Shown here: positions 19,068 to 29,014 of the stretch, piece after piece
Layout of the letters: each line of letters opens with the position of its first letter
Numbering within the stretch: position 1 is the first letter of the stretch
Assembly: GCA_947085205.1 (NCBI GenBank)
Contig: CAMTVO010000014.1
Coordinates: 32,001 to 96,000, forward strand
Length of the DNA stretch: 64,000 nucleotides
Origin: an uncultured Nitrospiraceae bacterium
Lineage (GTDB): Bacteria; Nitrospirota; Thermodesulfovibrionia; Thermodesulfovibrionales; Dissulfurispiraceae
Reading direction: 5' to 3'
The notes under the pieces: generated by a model
The model's input: the letters and a program-made list of their open reading frames with translations, nothing else
Told to the model about the DNA's origin: nothing
Databases searched by the model: none
Program-made: the position numbers and the translations under genes

Positions 19068-19787
19068 TTATATTTTTGCAATCTCAGAAACAGCCCTCTG
19101 GGAAAGCTCCTCGAAGCTCTTAATAACCTTCTGGGCTGTTTCGTATTGCCTCAATGCAGTTATTATGCCGACCATTTCACGAATCGGATTCACATTCGAC
19201 ATCTCGATGCCGCCCTGAATTATCTCGCCTTTAGATGCGCCTGCTTCATTTCCGGAAAAGAGAGAATCTCCGGCATGCTCTATGTTATTCAGATTTATCA
19301 GTTTGAGCTTGGCTGCTATATTGCCGTTCATGTATATATTGCCGTCAGGAGCGATGTTGACGCTTTTACCCTCGATTCTTATGGGTTTATTCGCCGTATC
19401 CAGCGCTTTCTGTCCGTTTGCTGTAACCAGAAATCCGTCTTTATTCATGCTGAAAGAGCCGTTCCTGGTGTAATAGGTCTTGTCATGCCCCTCAATTGCA
19501 AAAAAGCCCTCGCCTTTAATTGCAAGGTCGAGCGGATTGCCGGTAGTCTTTATATTCCCTTCAGAGGTATCGATATGGTACTTACCGTAATAAGCCATAG
19601 CCCTCGCATCGGGATAGACAGCTTTCTGTTCCTGCGGTACGCCTTCCAATAATGGATACAGACGGGAAGAAAACGATGTCCTCTTATAGCCCGCTGTGCT
19701 GACATTCGCCAAATTATTGGCGACACTGTCCAGTTCTCGACTTCTCAGCACCGCCCCTGTCATTGCTATGTATATGCCTTTGTACAT
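19068..19787 (-). CDS. flgF: Rod protein FlgF
   Basis: ANNLAN, TGNPLDLAI, YTRNG, EMSNVN. Confidence 0.9.
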   Translation of the reverse strand: MYKGIYIAMTGAVLRSRELDSVANNLANVSTAGYKRTSFSSRLYPLLEGVPQEQKAVYPDARAMAYYGKYHIDTSEGNIKTTGNPLDLAIKGEGFFAIEGHDKTYYTRNGSFSMNKDGFLVTANGQKALDTANKPIRIEGKSVNIAPDGNIYMNGNIAAKLKLINLNNIEHAGDSLFSGNEAGASKGEIIQGGIEMSNVNPIREMVGIITALRQYETAQKVIKSFEELSQRAVSEIAKI

Positions 19788-19843
19788 TCAACCGTCCTTC
19801 TTTTAAGAGTTTTATTTAAAATTTTATTTAATATTTAATAACA

Positions 19844-19859
19844 AGCAATATTGATGCCA
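19844..19859 (-). promoter_or_regulatory. Sigma54 promoter for flgF
   Basis: TGGCAT-CAATA-TTGCT. Confidence 0.85.
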
Positions 19860-19864
19860 GAATT

Positions 19865-19950
19865 GCGTTATAACGTGCAGCGTTGAGAGTTATAGTGAAA
19901 ATAATAAAAAAACGCCATGACGCAATAAACGCTATAACTCATGACGCTAT
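19865..19950. repeat. Inverted GCGTTATA / TAACGCTA-type array pair
   Basis: Same family as the pair at 879-984. Confidence 0.75.
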
Positions 19951-19982
19951 CTGGTGGGAAAATTTTTCCTGAGGTAGGAAAA

Positions 19983-20165
19983 TTATACCTCTATGTCTAT
20001 TCCTTCTCTTTTTTCTTCGCCTGATTTTTTGGGGAGTTCTTTCTCTTCTTTGGGAGGCTTCTTTGCCTTGCGCTCTACTCTCGTCTTCGGAAACACATGT
20101 TCCGCTCCTATGCCGCGTATGCCTGCGACCCTGTAAAGCTCTCTTATGCCGTCATCGTCTGCCAT
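19983..20165 (-). CDS. 60-aa hypothetical protein under a sigma28 promoter
   Basis: Perfect FliA promoter immediately upstream; charged protein ending in GIDIEV. Confidence 0.7.
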   Translation of the reverse strand: MADDDGIRELYRVAGIRGIGAEHVFPKTRVERKAKKPPKEEKELPKKSGEEKREGIDIEV

Positions 20166-20176
20166 CTTAATTTTTT

Positions 20177-20203
20177 TTATCGGCAGGAACTTGATTTTCT
20201 TTA
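20177..20203 (-). promoter_or_regulatory. Sigma28 (FliA) promoter
   Basis: TAAA-15 nt-GCCGATAA, exact consensus. Confidence 0.9.
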
Positions 20204-20204
20204 G

Positions 20205-21047
20205 CTACTCCAAAAGCTTGGCCTTTTGTTCTGTATACGCTTTCTTTATAGTCTCCTGAATTCCGCTGAATTTTTCTTCAGACATGCCTAACCGTTCAAG
20301 TTCGATATTGGATACATTTACAGGCCGCCGCAAGCCGATACCGAGATTTAAACAAACAGCATCGGCAATCTTGATCATCTCGCAAAGTGTTTCAAAATTA
20401 CTGTCTTCAAAGGCAGGAAATGTTTCTAAGTGATGATACTCTATAACCACTTCGAGGTTTTTGGGCAGCTTCCACTTTCTTGCAATAAGACCCCCAACAT
20501 TGCAGTGGTTAAACCCAAGCATCTCATCCTCAACCTCTATAAAAGACAGTCCCTCTTCATAAACCTTTTCAATAACTACAGAATACGACTCAGACATGCT
20601 GTTGTTGAGAACAGTTTTTCCAACATCGTGAATCAACCCTGCAACAAGCGCTTCCTCAGCCTGCACCATCTTTGTCTCTGCAGCAAGGATAGATGCAGCA
20701 ATAGACACGCCAAGGCTGTGTTCCCAGAGTCTCTGCTCGAAGAGACCGAACTTCCTGTGCAAGTCCTTCAATGAGGCGGCAACCACAAGATTTTTCATGG
20801 TATTAAAGCCAATAAGAATTATTGCAGTGGATATTGTGTCTATGCTCTTGCCCCTGCCGTAATACGGCGAGTTGGCAATCCTCAGAAGCCTTGTGGAAAA
20901 TGCCTGGTCTTTGGAAATAATCTTTTCGAGCTCGTTTATAGATGAGTAATCGTCATTCATAAGCTGTAAGACCTTCATTGCAACAGGAGGAAGGCTTGGA
21001 ATGTCAACGGTCTCTAAAATAATTTTTTCTAATATCTCTTCTTTCAT
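20205..21047 (-). CDS. HDOD-domain protein
   Basis: IPSLP, DQAFSTRLLRIANS, WEHS, AGLIHDVGK, WKLP. Confidence 0.9.
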   Translation of the reverse strand: MKEEILEKIILETVDIPSLPPVAMKVLQLMNDDYSSINELEKIISKDQAFSTRLLRIANSPYYGRGKSIDTISTAIILIGFNTMKNLVVAASLKDLHRKFGLFEQRLWEHSLGVSIAASILAAETKMVQAEEALVAGLIHDVGKTVLNNSMSESYSVVIEKVYEEGLSFIEVEDEMLGFNHCNVGGLIARKWKLPKNLEVVIEYHHLETFPAFEDSNFETLCEMIKIADAVCLNLGIGLRRPVNVSNIELERLGMSEEKFSGIQETIKKAYTEQKAKLLE

Positions 21048-22306
21048 GCCGTCCCCTCATACCTCATATACTCTTCCCCTGCCTTAAGCTGAGCATCGAG
21101 CCTCACATCATTGAGGTGCTTAAAATATGTGCTTGCGACACTCACAATACTTGGGTCGAGGCTATTGTTTTTAGCCATGCCTTCTATTATTCTCAAAGCC
21201 TCCTTTCCACTCATCCCTTTTCTGTAAGGTCTGTCCTCTGTTATTGCAGTAAAGACATCAGCTACTGCCATAATCCTTGAGCCAATTGGCAACTTATTGC
21301 CCTTTATATGGAACGGATAGCCGTCACCATCCATCCGTTCATGGTGAAAGGATGCCCATGTATTAATTATATCAAACCCTTTCACAGATTCCAGTATTCT
21401 GAAGGAATGATAAACATGACTTTTCATTATATTGAATTCTTCCACTGAAAGTTTTGCAGGTTTTTCGAGTATTTCTGCCGGAACAGCCAATTTGCCGACG
21501 TCGTGGAGATAACCTGCAACAGACATCATCCGACACTCCATCTCTGAAAAACCTATCATCTGTGCCAGTAATGTAGCCACTGCACTTACACCTGCTGAAT
21601 GAACTGCTGTAAATGAACTTCTATAATCCACAATATTACTGAAAAGTTTAGCAATACTTAGAAGGCCTTCCATATCCAGCTCTATATCAGGCAGAACATT
21701 TCTATCTAAAATTATCTGGTCAATCTCCGGCGATGTTGCATCAAACCAGAAAGATTCTTTAGCTGATAGGTTCTCAAAGAGATCTACAAGCTCAGGCATA
21801 AATATTTTATTTGAGCGGGATTTGACTACATTCACTATGCTTTTGCTCTGACTCAGCACCTCCTGATGTTTATCAATAAGCACTTCTATCCTGTCAGCAA
21901 GATAGATGATATGGCCGCCAATAGGGACGTCTTCTCCATTAAACCTGCGACCTTCGCCTTCTGCCCATGGGATATGATGGTAACGAATAAGCTTAGAAAC
22001 AGATGGAAATATGTCAAAGTCCTTAATAAGCAAATATCCCCTTTCAGCATGCAGGTAAGGGTTTTTAATCTCAAATTCGAGGGAATCAATCTTTTCATGC
22101 TCTGAAAAAACACCAATGTCATGAATTGCTGATGCTAAAAATATATCATTTATCTCCTGTCGTGAAAGCCCTGATTCCTTTGCTATCTCACTGGCAATTA
22201 CAGCCACCCTCAGATGGTGATTGGCAACTTTTGGATTAACAAAATCCAGTGCCCTTGAAAAGGAAAGGATCAGGTCAGATAGTTTTATTCTTATGTTACC
22301 AATCAT
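21044..22306 (-). CDS. Tandem-HD, HD-GYP phosphodiesterase
   Basis: HDIG, then HDVGK, HHERMDGDGYP, DVFTAITEDRPYR. Confidence 0.9.
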   Translation of the reverse strand: MIGNIRIKLSDLILSFSRALDFVNPKVANHHLRVAVIASEIAKESGLSRQEINDIFLASAIHDIGVFSEHEKIDSLEFEIKNPYLHAERGYLLIKDFDIFPSVSKLIRYHHIPWAEGEGRRFNGEDVPIGGHIIYLADRIEVLIDKHQEVLSQSKSIVNVVKSRSNKIFMPELVDLFENLSAKESFWFDATSPEIDQIILDRNVLPDIELDMEGLLSIAKLFSNIVDYRSSFTAVHSAGVSAVATLLAQMIGFSEMECRMMSVAGYLHDVGKLAVPAEILEKPAKLSVEEFNIMKSHVYHSFRILESVKGFDIINTWASFHHERMDGDGYPFHIKGNKLPIGSRIMAVADVFTAITEDRPYRKGMSGKEALRIIEGMAKNNSLDPSIVSVASTYFKHLNDVRLDAQLKAGEEYMRYEGTA

Positions 22307-22338
22307 AACTTTGTATCATCACTCCATTACTCCATTAT

Positions 22339-24312
22339 TTACGCCTCAGCCTCGAGCTTCGTCAGTATGGAGATTATCTCATCAACCAATCTCACTGATT
22401 CTGTCACACGAAGCTTTATTGATTCCCTGTCTCCTTTTTTCGCAGCTTCGTAAGCCTTCAATCCGAGTTCATGCAGTCTGCTGTGAGGCGACTCGAGATC
22501 TCTGAATAAACTGCGATTTCCGAACAACTCTCTTCCCTCTCCGTAATACCATGCGCCCATCCTCGATTTATCTGCATGCAGCTCATCAGGACCGACTGAT
22601 ATTTCCTTTGCATCAAGGAGGTTCAGAATCCTGTGAAGCCACAAAACATAATCTGCCTTAAGCACACCTATTCTCATTTTAGGGTCGTTAAAACCATCCA
22701 GCAAGCTTAAAAATTCCTTTGCATCGGTGCTGAATTTATTAAAGGACAATGCCATGTCCTTGACTGTCTTAGAGCTCCCCTTTGCATCTTCCGCAATGTT
22801 GGTTAAGTTGCTCGATATTTCGGTTGCAGTAGCCGACTGTTCCTCCGTAGCGGTGACCACCTGATGAATCATGTCTGAGACCTTTTCAAAACTTTCGTAT
22901 ATTTGCATAAATGCGCCTTCCAGACGTCGCGCAATCTCACCTGTAACTTTAGACTTTTCAACTGCCACATCCATTATATCTGTGGCATCAACCGTGCCTG
23001 CATGTATAGAGCTCAAAATATTGTTTATCTCGGATGTTGCGTTTGCAGTCCTCTGCGCAAGCTTCCTCACCTCGTCAGCAACTACCGCAAATCCCCTTCC
23101 CTGCTCCCCTGCCCTTGCAGCCTCTATTGCGGCATTCAGGGCGAGGAGGTTTGTCTGGTCCGCTATATCCTTTATCATTACCACTATCTCGTCTATTTTC
23201 TTTGAAAATTCGGACAGATCCTTTACCTTGCCCGATGCCTTTTCTATCTGCGTATTCACTTCGTCTATGGAAGATACCGTTTCATTGATCATCCCCTTAC
23301 CTTGAGACGATGCTGTTTTTGCGCGCTCTGCCGCCTGCGATGCGATATTTATATTGCGCGCTATGTCGCCTATGGTAGACGACATCTCCTCTGTTGCAGT
23401 TGCAGCAGTAGTTGTGCGTTCAAGGTCTTTATCAACCCTCTGCGATACATCCTTGCCGTAAAGGGTAAGGTTGACGGCATCCTTTAGGATATGAACCGTC
23501 TTGCCCGCCACATCCCTCATAACATGCCTCATTGCCTTTATTATGCTCGTTACATCTTCCGCCACCTTCCCGAACTCGTCGGCGGTCTTTGATTCAATCC
23601 TGACTGTAAGGTCGCCTTTTGCAACCTTCCCTGCAGATGCGCTGATATCGTGCAGGACACTGATGACATACCTGTTGACAAACCAGAAAGAGAACGCAAA
23701 AGCTATAGAGAATACCACGAGAACAATTACTGCCACAGAGACTGTGGTCGTCTTGATTTCTCTCTTAATAGTATCCATGCTATTGACAAATTCTTTTCTT
23801 GAGTCTTCTATAATTTCGTCCATCATTCCTAAAAATATCTTTGACCTTTCCGCTTGCACGGTCCCGACTATTTTTAGCATATCGTTGATTCTTTCCGATT
23901 TGATTAAGGCAATCACTTCACCTTTAATGGTCTGCAAAAAAGGCGCTATCGCCTTTTCCATTTCTACGGTTTTATCCTTATACCTGCCTTTTTTTAATTC
24001 TTCGGTATTTCTTAAAATTTTATCCGAAAGAGAGACGATAACGCCCTCCTGCGCTTCCCATACATCTGGGTCTTTTGCCAAGCTCATCCTCAAAAATGCA
24101 GCCCTTATTCCGTTAATATCTGCCTTGATCTGGGTTATCAGTTGAATGTCGTTGCTCATAGTATTCATGGAATCGTATTTCGATTTGATGCTCATGAAAT
24201 TGACGCCTATCAATCCTAATATCCCGAATATCAGGGCAGTCATAAAGATATAGCCCATCAACACCTTCTTCTTCAGGCCAATTGACAGTACTAAAGAAAA
24301 CAAACCCTTCAT
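22339..24312 (-). CDS. Methyl-accepting chemotaxis protein with a C-terminal CZB-like domain
   Basis: Two TM segments, [36 protein letters not shown]-terminal MGAWYYGEG...PHSRLH. Confidence 0.92.
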   Translation of the reverse strand: MKGLFSLVLSIGLKKKVLMGYIFMTALIFGILGLIGVNFMSIKSKYDSMNTMSNDIQLITQIKADINGIRAAFLRMSLAKDPDVWEAQEGVIVSLSDKILRNTEELKKGRYKDKTVEMEKAIAPFLQTIKGEVIALIKSERINDMLKIVGTVQAERSKIFLGMMDEIIEDSRKEFVNSMDTIKREIKTTTVSVAVIVLVVFSIAFAFSFWFVNRYVISVLHDISASAGKVAKGDLTVRIESKTADEFGKVAEDVTSIIKAMRHVMRDVAGKTVHILKDAVNLTLYGKDVSQRVDKDLERTTTAATATEEMSSTIGDIARNINIASQAAERAKTASSQGKGMINETVSSIDEVNTQIEKASGKVKDLSEFSKKIDEIVVMIKDIADQTNLLALNAAIEAARAGEQGRGFAVVADEVRKLAQRTANATSEINNILSSIHAGTVDATDIMDVAVEKSKVTGEIARRLEGAFMQIYESFEKVSDMIHQVVTATEEQSATATEISSNLTNIAEDAKGSSKTVKDMALSFNKFSTDAKEFLSLLDGFNDPKMRIGVLKADYVLWLHRILNLLDAKEISVGPDELHADKSRMGAWYYGEGRELFGNRSLFRDLESPHSRLHELGLKAYEAAKKGDRESIKLRVTESVRLVDEIISILTKLEAEA

Positions 24313-24325
24313 TTTTCCTCCATTA

Positions 24326-25378
24326 CTATACCGAATTTATTATCTCGCCGGCCATTTCTTCTATGGCCAATATCTTGTCAGCTATGCCTGCATCCACGAC
24401 CGCCTTCGGCATTCCATACACAACACATGTATCTTCGTTTTGTGCAAATATCCTGCCGCCCGTCTTTTTCACTTCAATAAGTCCTTTGCATCCATCATTT
24501 CCCATGCCTGTTAGTATTACGCCGAGCGCCCTGCCGGGGAAAAATTCTGACACAGAAAACATCAGCGCATCGACAGATGGGCGATAAATAAACTCCTCTT
24601 TATTCTCAGAAATGGTAACAACAGTCTCTATACCCCTCGGTCTTCTCACCCTCATATGTCCTCTTCCGGGCGCTATAAGAGCAACTCCCGGCTTCAGAGG
24701 TTCTCCCTCTTCTGCCTCTTTTACCGTAATCTGACTGAGTTGATTGAGCCTCTCGGCAAATGGCCCGGTGAAGTTTGGCGGCATGTGTTGGGCTATTACT
24801 ATAGGGGTAGGAAAGTCCTTGGGCAATTTAGGAATTATCTCCTGGAGCGCCTTCGGCCCGCCTGTAGAAGTCCCTATGGACACTATGCCGACCCTTCTTT
24901 CGCCTGTTGTCCTGACAGGCATGGATTTAGGAATCTCTATCGTTCTTGGCGCAGTTGTAGGCCTGATGCGCTTCCTAATAATTCCTGCTCTGGCTATATG
25001 CTTTATCTTGTCAATCAATATCTCCCTTATCTTCACAATGTTTACAGAAAGGTCAGATAGGTTTTTGGGGATAAAATCCACTGCACCGAGGTCAAAGGCA
25101 TCCAGTGTAACCTTTGCTCCTTCTACGGTCAGGGAGCTGACCATAATTACAGGAACAGGATTTTTCTCCATTATATGCTTCAGGGCAGTAATGCCGTCCA
25201 TCCTCGGCATTTCAACATCCATGGTCACAATATCAGGCCTTAGTTTTTCTATCAGCTCAATTGCTTCAAGACCGTCCCTTGCCTTACCGACAATCTGGAT
25301 TTCAGGGTCAGAGGAAAGCATACTGGACAGGGCATTCCTCATAAATGCAGAATCATCTACAATAAGAACCTTTACCAT
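24326..25378 (-). CDS. cheB: Chemotaxis methylesterase CheB
   Basis: Receiver domain plus [19 protein letters not shown]. Confidence 0.97.
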   Translation of the reverse strand: MVKVLIVDDSAFMRNALSSMLSSDPEIQIVGKARDGLEAIELIEKLRPDIVTMDVEMPRMDGITALKHIMEKNPVPVIMVSSLTVEGAKVTLDAFDLGAVDFIPKNLSDLSVNIVKIREILIDKIKHIARAGIIRKRIRPTTAPRTIEIPKSMPVRTTGERRVGIVSIGTSTGGPKALQEIIPKLPKDFPTPIVIAQHMPPNFTGPFAERLNQLSQITVKEAEEGEPLKPGVALIAPGRGHMRVRRPRGIETVVTISENKEEFIYRPSVDALMFSVSEFFPGRALGVILTGMGNDGCKGLIEVKKTGGRIFAQNEDTCVVYGMPKAVVDAGIADKILAIEEMAGEIINSV

Positions 25379-25380
25379 TT

Positions 25381-27834
25381 TTATACCCTAAACCAACCTG
25401 CCGTTGAATTTAATTCGGTTGCAAGTCTTGAAAGGTCTTCTGATGCACGCTTTATCTCAACAATGGAGTTGCTCAACTGTCTTGTTATTACTGCAATGCT
25501 TTCCATATTATGCGAAACCTCTTCGGAAGCGGACGATTGTTCTTCTGTTGCCGCTGCAATCCTCTGTACCATATCCGCAACCTGCTCCACGTATGTGACG
25601 ATTTCGTCTATGGACTTTAATGTGCTATCTACATTGCCAATCACTTTTCCTACAGAATCTCTGTTGTCTTTCATTGAATTTACAGAATCCTTAACCTCTG
25701 TCTGCATCGTCATTACGGTGTTTGCAATGTCATCTGTAGCTGCTGTAGTCCTTTCAGCAAGCTGCCTGACACTATCAGCCACAACTGCAAATCCCCTTCC
25801 ATGCTCCCCTGCCCTTGCCGCCTCTATGGCTGCATTCAATGCAAGGAGATTGGTCTGGTCGGCAATCTCTTTGATTAAGCTTATAATATCGTTTATCTCT
25901 TCTGATTTTTTACCGAGGGACTCCACCTTTTTAGAGGATTCATTAATCGTATTCGCAAACTTCTGAAGTTCCTGCACGGTAATATGCATCGCACCTTTAC
26001 CCTGCAGTGCAATCTTCTTCATTTTCTGAGCAGTCTCTGCTGTGTGTGAGGCGCTTTTTGCAACATCTAATGTGGTCTGAGACATCTCTGTCATTGCAGT
26101 TGCTGATTGCTCTATCTGCATGCTCTGCTCATTCGAGCCTTTTTCAAGCGTCGTAGATGTAGCAGACAGTTCCTCCGAGCTGCTCGCCAGCGTTCCTGTA
26201 GATGTCTTAACCTTTCCGACTATATCCCGTAGGTTTTCTACCATCTTGCACATTGACTGTTGAACCATTCCAATTTCATCCTTGCTGTGTTCATCCTTGG
26301 AGCATGTAAGGTTACCCTGCGCAATCTGCTCAGCTCCCCAGATAAGTTCATTTAAAGGCTTTGAAACAGAACGATAAACCCATGTGCCAAAGGCAATCCC
26401 GAATACAATTGCTCCGATTCCTATGGCGATAATCAGAATCGTGCTGAACCTTACCATCTTGTTTACAGTACCGATGGCCTTTTCCTGCTCGCCCTGGGCT
26501 GTCGTTACGGTTTCCTTGCCCTTTGCTGCCTGCTTCAATACTATCTCCCTCAATCTCTCCGTGGCCTGCAAGGCCTTTTCTTTCATAGAAATCTGATGAC
26601 GAATCTTTGCGATTATGCCGTCTTTTGCAAATAAAAGGCTCCGCACTGAACTTAGCGCAGACTGTGTATTGTGAAGTATCTTGATCTCTTCCCTTGCATC
26701 GAGTTTCAAGAGAAATTTTTCGAGACTCTTACCTGTAGAGTCTATCTTCTCGTATATCTTCTTAATCTCAGCATCAACAACATCGACCTCTTTTAGAGAA
26801 TTAACAGTGAAAAGCCTTGCAGTCAGACCTTCTACGGATAAACCAAGCAAGATGAGTTCCGAATTTCCCGCCATCACGTTTGTTGCAATATTAGCCTGAG
26901 TAAAGACACCTCCCTGTTTTTTTGTCTCAACTCCATATCTATCGCTTGCAGAAACGACCTCCTGCTCTATGGTCAGCAAAAGAGCCGAAAGCTTCTCGCT
27001 AACTTCTTTATTTATAGCTTCAAAGCGGTTTTTGGTTTCTTCATTCGCCTGTCCTAAGATGGCTGTCTGGAGTTTGGTAAGCTCTTCTATTTTCTCTCCA
27101 AGCGTCTTGACATCAGAGTAAATAGTCTTGGAGTCTTTTGAATATTCGTTCTGGAGCGCCTTATTTATGGCAGAGTTAATCTTGCCTCTGGCAATGATTA
27201 CTGTCTTTTTGTCCTGAGCCTTCTGTATCTCAAAGACAGCAAGCTGGAGGTCTTTCAGTGTTGCCTTCAACAGTTCTATATTCCTGAGTTTCGATGAAAT
27301 ACCCTTTGTATCCTCCAGAGATGTCACAAAGGCTGCCGAACGATTGAGCTGAAGCCCCTTTATCTTTGTATCCAGTTCCTTCAATCTGTTCGATGCTTCC
27401 TTCAACTTCTTTGTAATTGTTTTGTTTGCTGTGCCGGCATCTTCTTCTGCATTGAGTCTTCCCTCTGTTATATCAAAAAGTTCCTTTGCTATACGGCTTA
27501 ATTCATTGTGGGTCTCCATCTTTGCGCCTCCGGACAGGGCTTCCAATGCGTCCTGAATGCTTTTAACCTCTGACAGAGATTTTTCCGCTTCGGTGCGGTA
27601 GGTCTTATATTCCTCCACATTTGTAGAAGCGCTCACATTGACAAGGTCGGCAGTAGTGCCCTGAATGGTTCTCTGAAATTCAACCGTCCTCAGCTGAAAC
27701 GGAGTGCTCCGCTCTGTAAGATAAAAAAGCTTGCTCTTTACAAATCCCATGCCTATCACGCTCGTTGCAGCAACAGCGCCGATTATTATAAGCACTGCTA
27801 TTACGTTCCATGTAAGTTTAGTCTTAATTGTCAT
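25381..27834 (-). CDS. Methyl-accepting chemotaxis protein with a large helical periplasmic domain
   Basis: Two TM segments about 430 aa apart, HAMP, MA hairpin motif. Confidence 0.92.
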   Translation of the reverse strand: MTIKTKLTWNVIAVLIIIGAVAATSVIGMGFVKSKLFYLTERSTPFQLRTVEFQRTIQGTTADLVNVSASTNVEEYKTYRTEAEKSLSEVKSIQDALEALSGGAKMETHNELSRIAKELFDITEGRLNAEEDAGTANKTITKKLKEASNRLKELDTKIKGLQLNRSAAFVTSLEDTKGISSKLRNIELLKATLKDLQLAVFEIQKAQDKKTVIIARGKINSAINKALQNEYSKDSKTIYSDVKTLGEKIEELTKLQTAILGQANEETKNRFEAINKEVSEKLSALLLTIEQEVVSASDRYGVETKKQGGVFTQANIATNVMAGNSELILLGLSVEGLTARLFTVNSLKEVDVVDAEIKKIYEKIDSTGKSLEKFLLKLDAREEIKILHNTQSALSSVRSLLFAKDGIIAKIRHQISMKEKALQATERLREIVLKQAAKGKETVTTAQGEQEKAIGTVNKMVRFSTILIIAIGIGAIVFGIAFGTWVYRSVSKPLNELIWGAEQIAQGNLTCSKDEHSKDEIGMVQQSMCKMVENLRDIVGKVKTSTGTLASSSEELSATSTTLEKGSNEQSMQIEQSATAMTEMSQTTLDVAKSASHTAETAQKMKKIALQGKGAMHITVQELQKFANTINESSKKVESLGKKSEEINDIISLIKEIADQTNLLALNAAIEAARAGEHGRGFAVVADSVRQLAERTTAATDDIANTVMTMQTEVKDSVNSMKDNRDSVGKVIGNVDSTLKSIDEIVTYVEQVADMVQRIAAATEEQSSASEEVSHNMESIAVITRQLSNSIVEIKRASEDLSRLATELNSTAGWFRV

Positions 27835-27865
27835 AAACGTCCCCCTCGCTTCTATCTAATTGCCT

Positions 27866-27892
27866 GGAAGTGCAGGAATATCCTGCACTTCC
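27866..27892. terminator. 12-bp hairpin between the binding-protein gene and the MCP gene
   Basis: GGAAGTGCAGGA-ATA-TCCTGCACTTCC; no clear U-tract. Confidence 0.55.
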
Positions 27893-27917
27893 TAAGTTTA
27901 TGTCCAAACAGCCTTTG

Positions 27918-28679
27918 CTATTTTATATGCTTCTGTCCTTCGCCCTTGATAAAGTCTATGAGCTTCTGTACATTTGGAGATGGTTTGCCTTTAGTAACAA
28001 GGATTATTGGTCTTGCCACTTCAGGGGTCTCAGGAGACTTTATAGTAGCATCCACTACCGCTGCCGGACCAATCCCCACTGCTTCAGGATTTGATGTAAT
28101 ATTCTGCCTTACGTCTTCTGCAGTGGTTGCTTCAAGAACATCCTTTGTCTGGGATTCTCCATCAAGCATGTTTTTTATAAATAAACTGTTAGTACCGGGA
28201 ATAAGCTTACCCCACACCACTATTATAGGCATGTCTTTGCCGCCCACATCTTTCCAGTTGGCTATTTTGCCGGTGAATATACCTTTTAACTGCTCCTTTG
28301 AAAGCTTTGAGACAGGGTTATCTTTATGCACGAGTACAATAATCTTATCTTTTCCAATGGTTACCTGCTGAAGTGATGCAGGGTCCTTAACCTCTGCCCC
28401 CTCTTTTTTCATAAGATTCATCCAGTCATCAAAGGTAAGACCTGCTGCTGCTGCATCAACAGCGCCTTTTTCCAAATCCATTAAGGCAATCTTAGGCCCT
28501 GAAGCAATAATGGTAAGCCTTACCCCTATAGCCCTCTCAAATGGCTCCTTTATAGGCTTTAACACATTCTCTGTCGGTGCGGCCCCTGCCCCAATCTTTA
28601 CCTCGTCTGCAAAGACGGCGAGGCTAAAGGTCAACAGAAAAACAAATGCAACTGCTAAAATCAGTCTAAATCTCTTCAT
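27918..28679 (-). CDS. PstS-like (PBP2) periplasmic substrate-binding protein
   Basis: Signal peptide; NPVSKLSKEQLKGIFTGKIANWKDVGG. Confidence 0.85.
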   Translation of the reverse strand: MKRFRLILAVAFVFLLTFSLAVFADEVKIGAGAAPTENVLKPIKEPFERAIGVRLTIIASGPKIALMDLEKGAVDAAAAGLTFDDWMNLMKKEGAEVKDPASLQQVTIGKDKIIVLVHKDNPVSKLSKEQLKGIFTGKIANWKDVGGKDMPIIVVWGKLIPGTNSLFIKNMLDGESQTKDVLEATTAEDVRQNITSNPEAVGIGPAAVVDATIKSPETPEVARPIILVTKGKPSPNVQKLIDFIKGEGQKHIK

Positions 28680-28725
28680 CTTGTCCTCCAGATAAAAAAA
28701 TTGTATCCACCATAAGGTGGATTTG

Positions 28726-29007
28726 TTATCTACGCTTCCGTTTTACTTGTGCAGTATGAACTTCTGTATTGTTCCTATGGGCAATAAGTTCCTCATGAAT
28801 CATGTCTGTCTTCTGCTTTAGCCCAGATATATCCTTTTTCATATCCTGCTGCTGGTCAATTACAAAACCAATGTTCTTCTGAAATTCTTCCAAAAGAATC
28901 CCGGTGTGTCTCCTGAATTCTTCTTTTATCTCCTTAAATTCTTCCTTTACCTCTTGGTTAAATTCTTCAAAGTCCTTTTTCGTAACATAATCATCCATAA
29001 AAATCAT
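28726..29007 (-). CDS. Hypothetical coiled-coil protein
   Basis: Fills the gap after the cheW-cheZ gene; followed by the hairpin ATCCACC-ATAA-GGTGGAT at 28705-28722. Confidence 0.65.
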   Translation of the reverse strand: MIFMDDYVTKKDFEEFNQEVKEEFKEIKEEFRRHTGILLEEFQKNIGFVIDQQQDMKKDISGLKQKTDMIHEELIAHRNNTEVHTAQVKRKRR

Positions 29008-29014
29008 CCCCTTT

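Noticed and set aside
27835..28725. Possible c-di-GMP riboswitch in leaders near the MCP and binding-protein genes
   Set aside because: Only simple hairpins were seen, with no GEMM-like motif by eye. An Rfam/Infernal scan would settle it.
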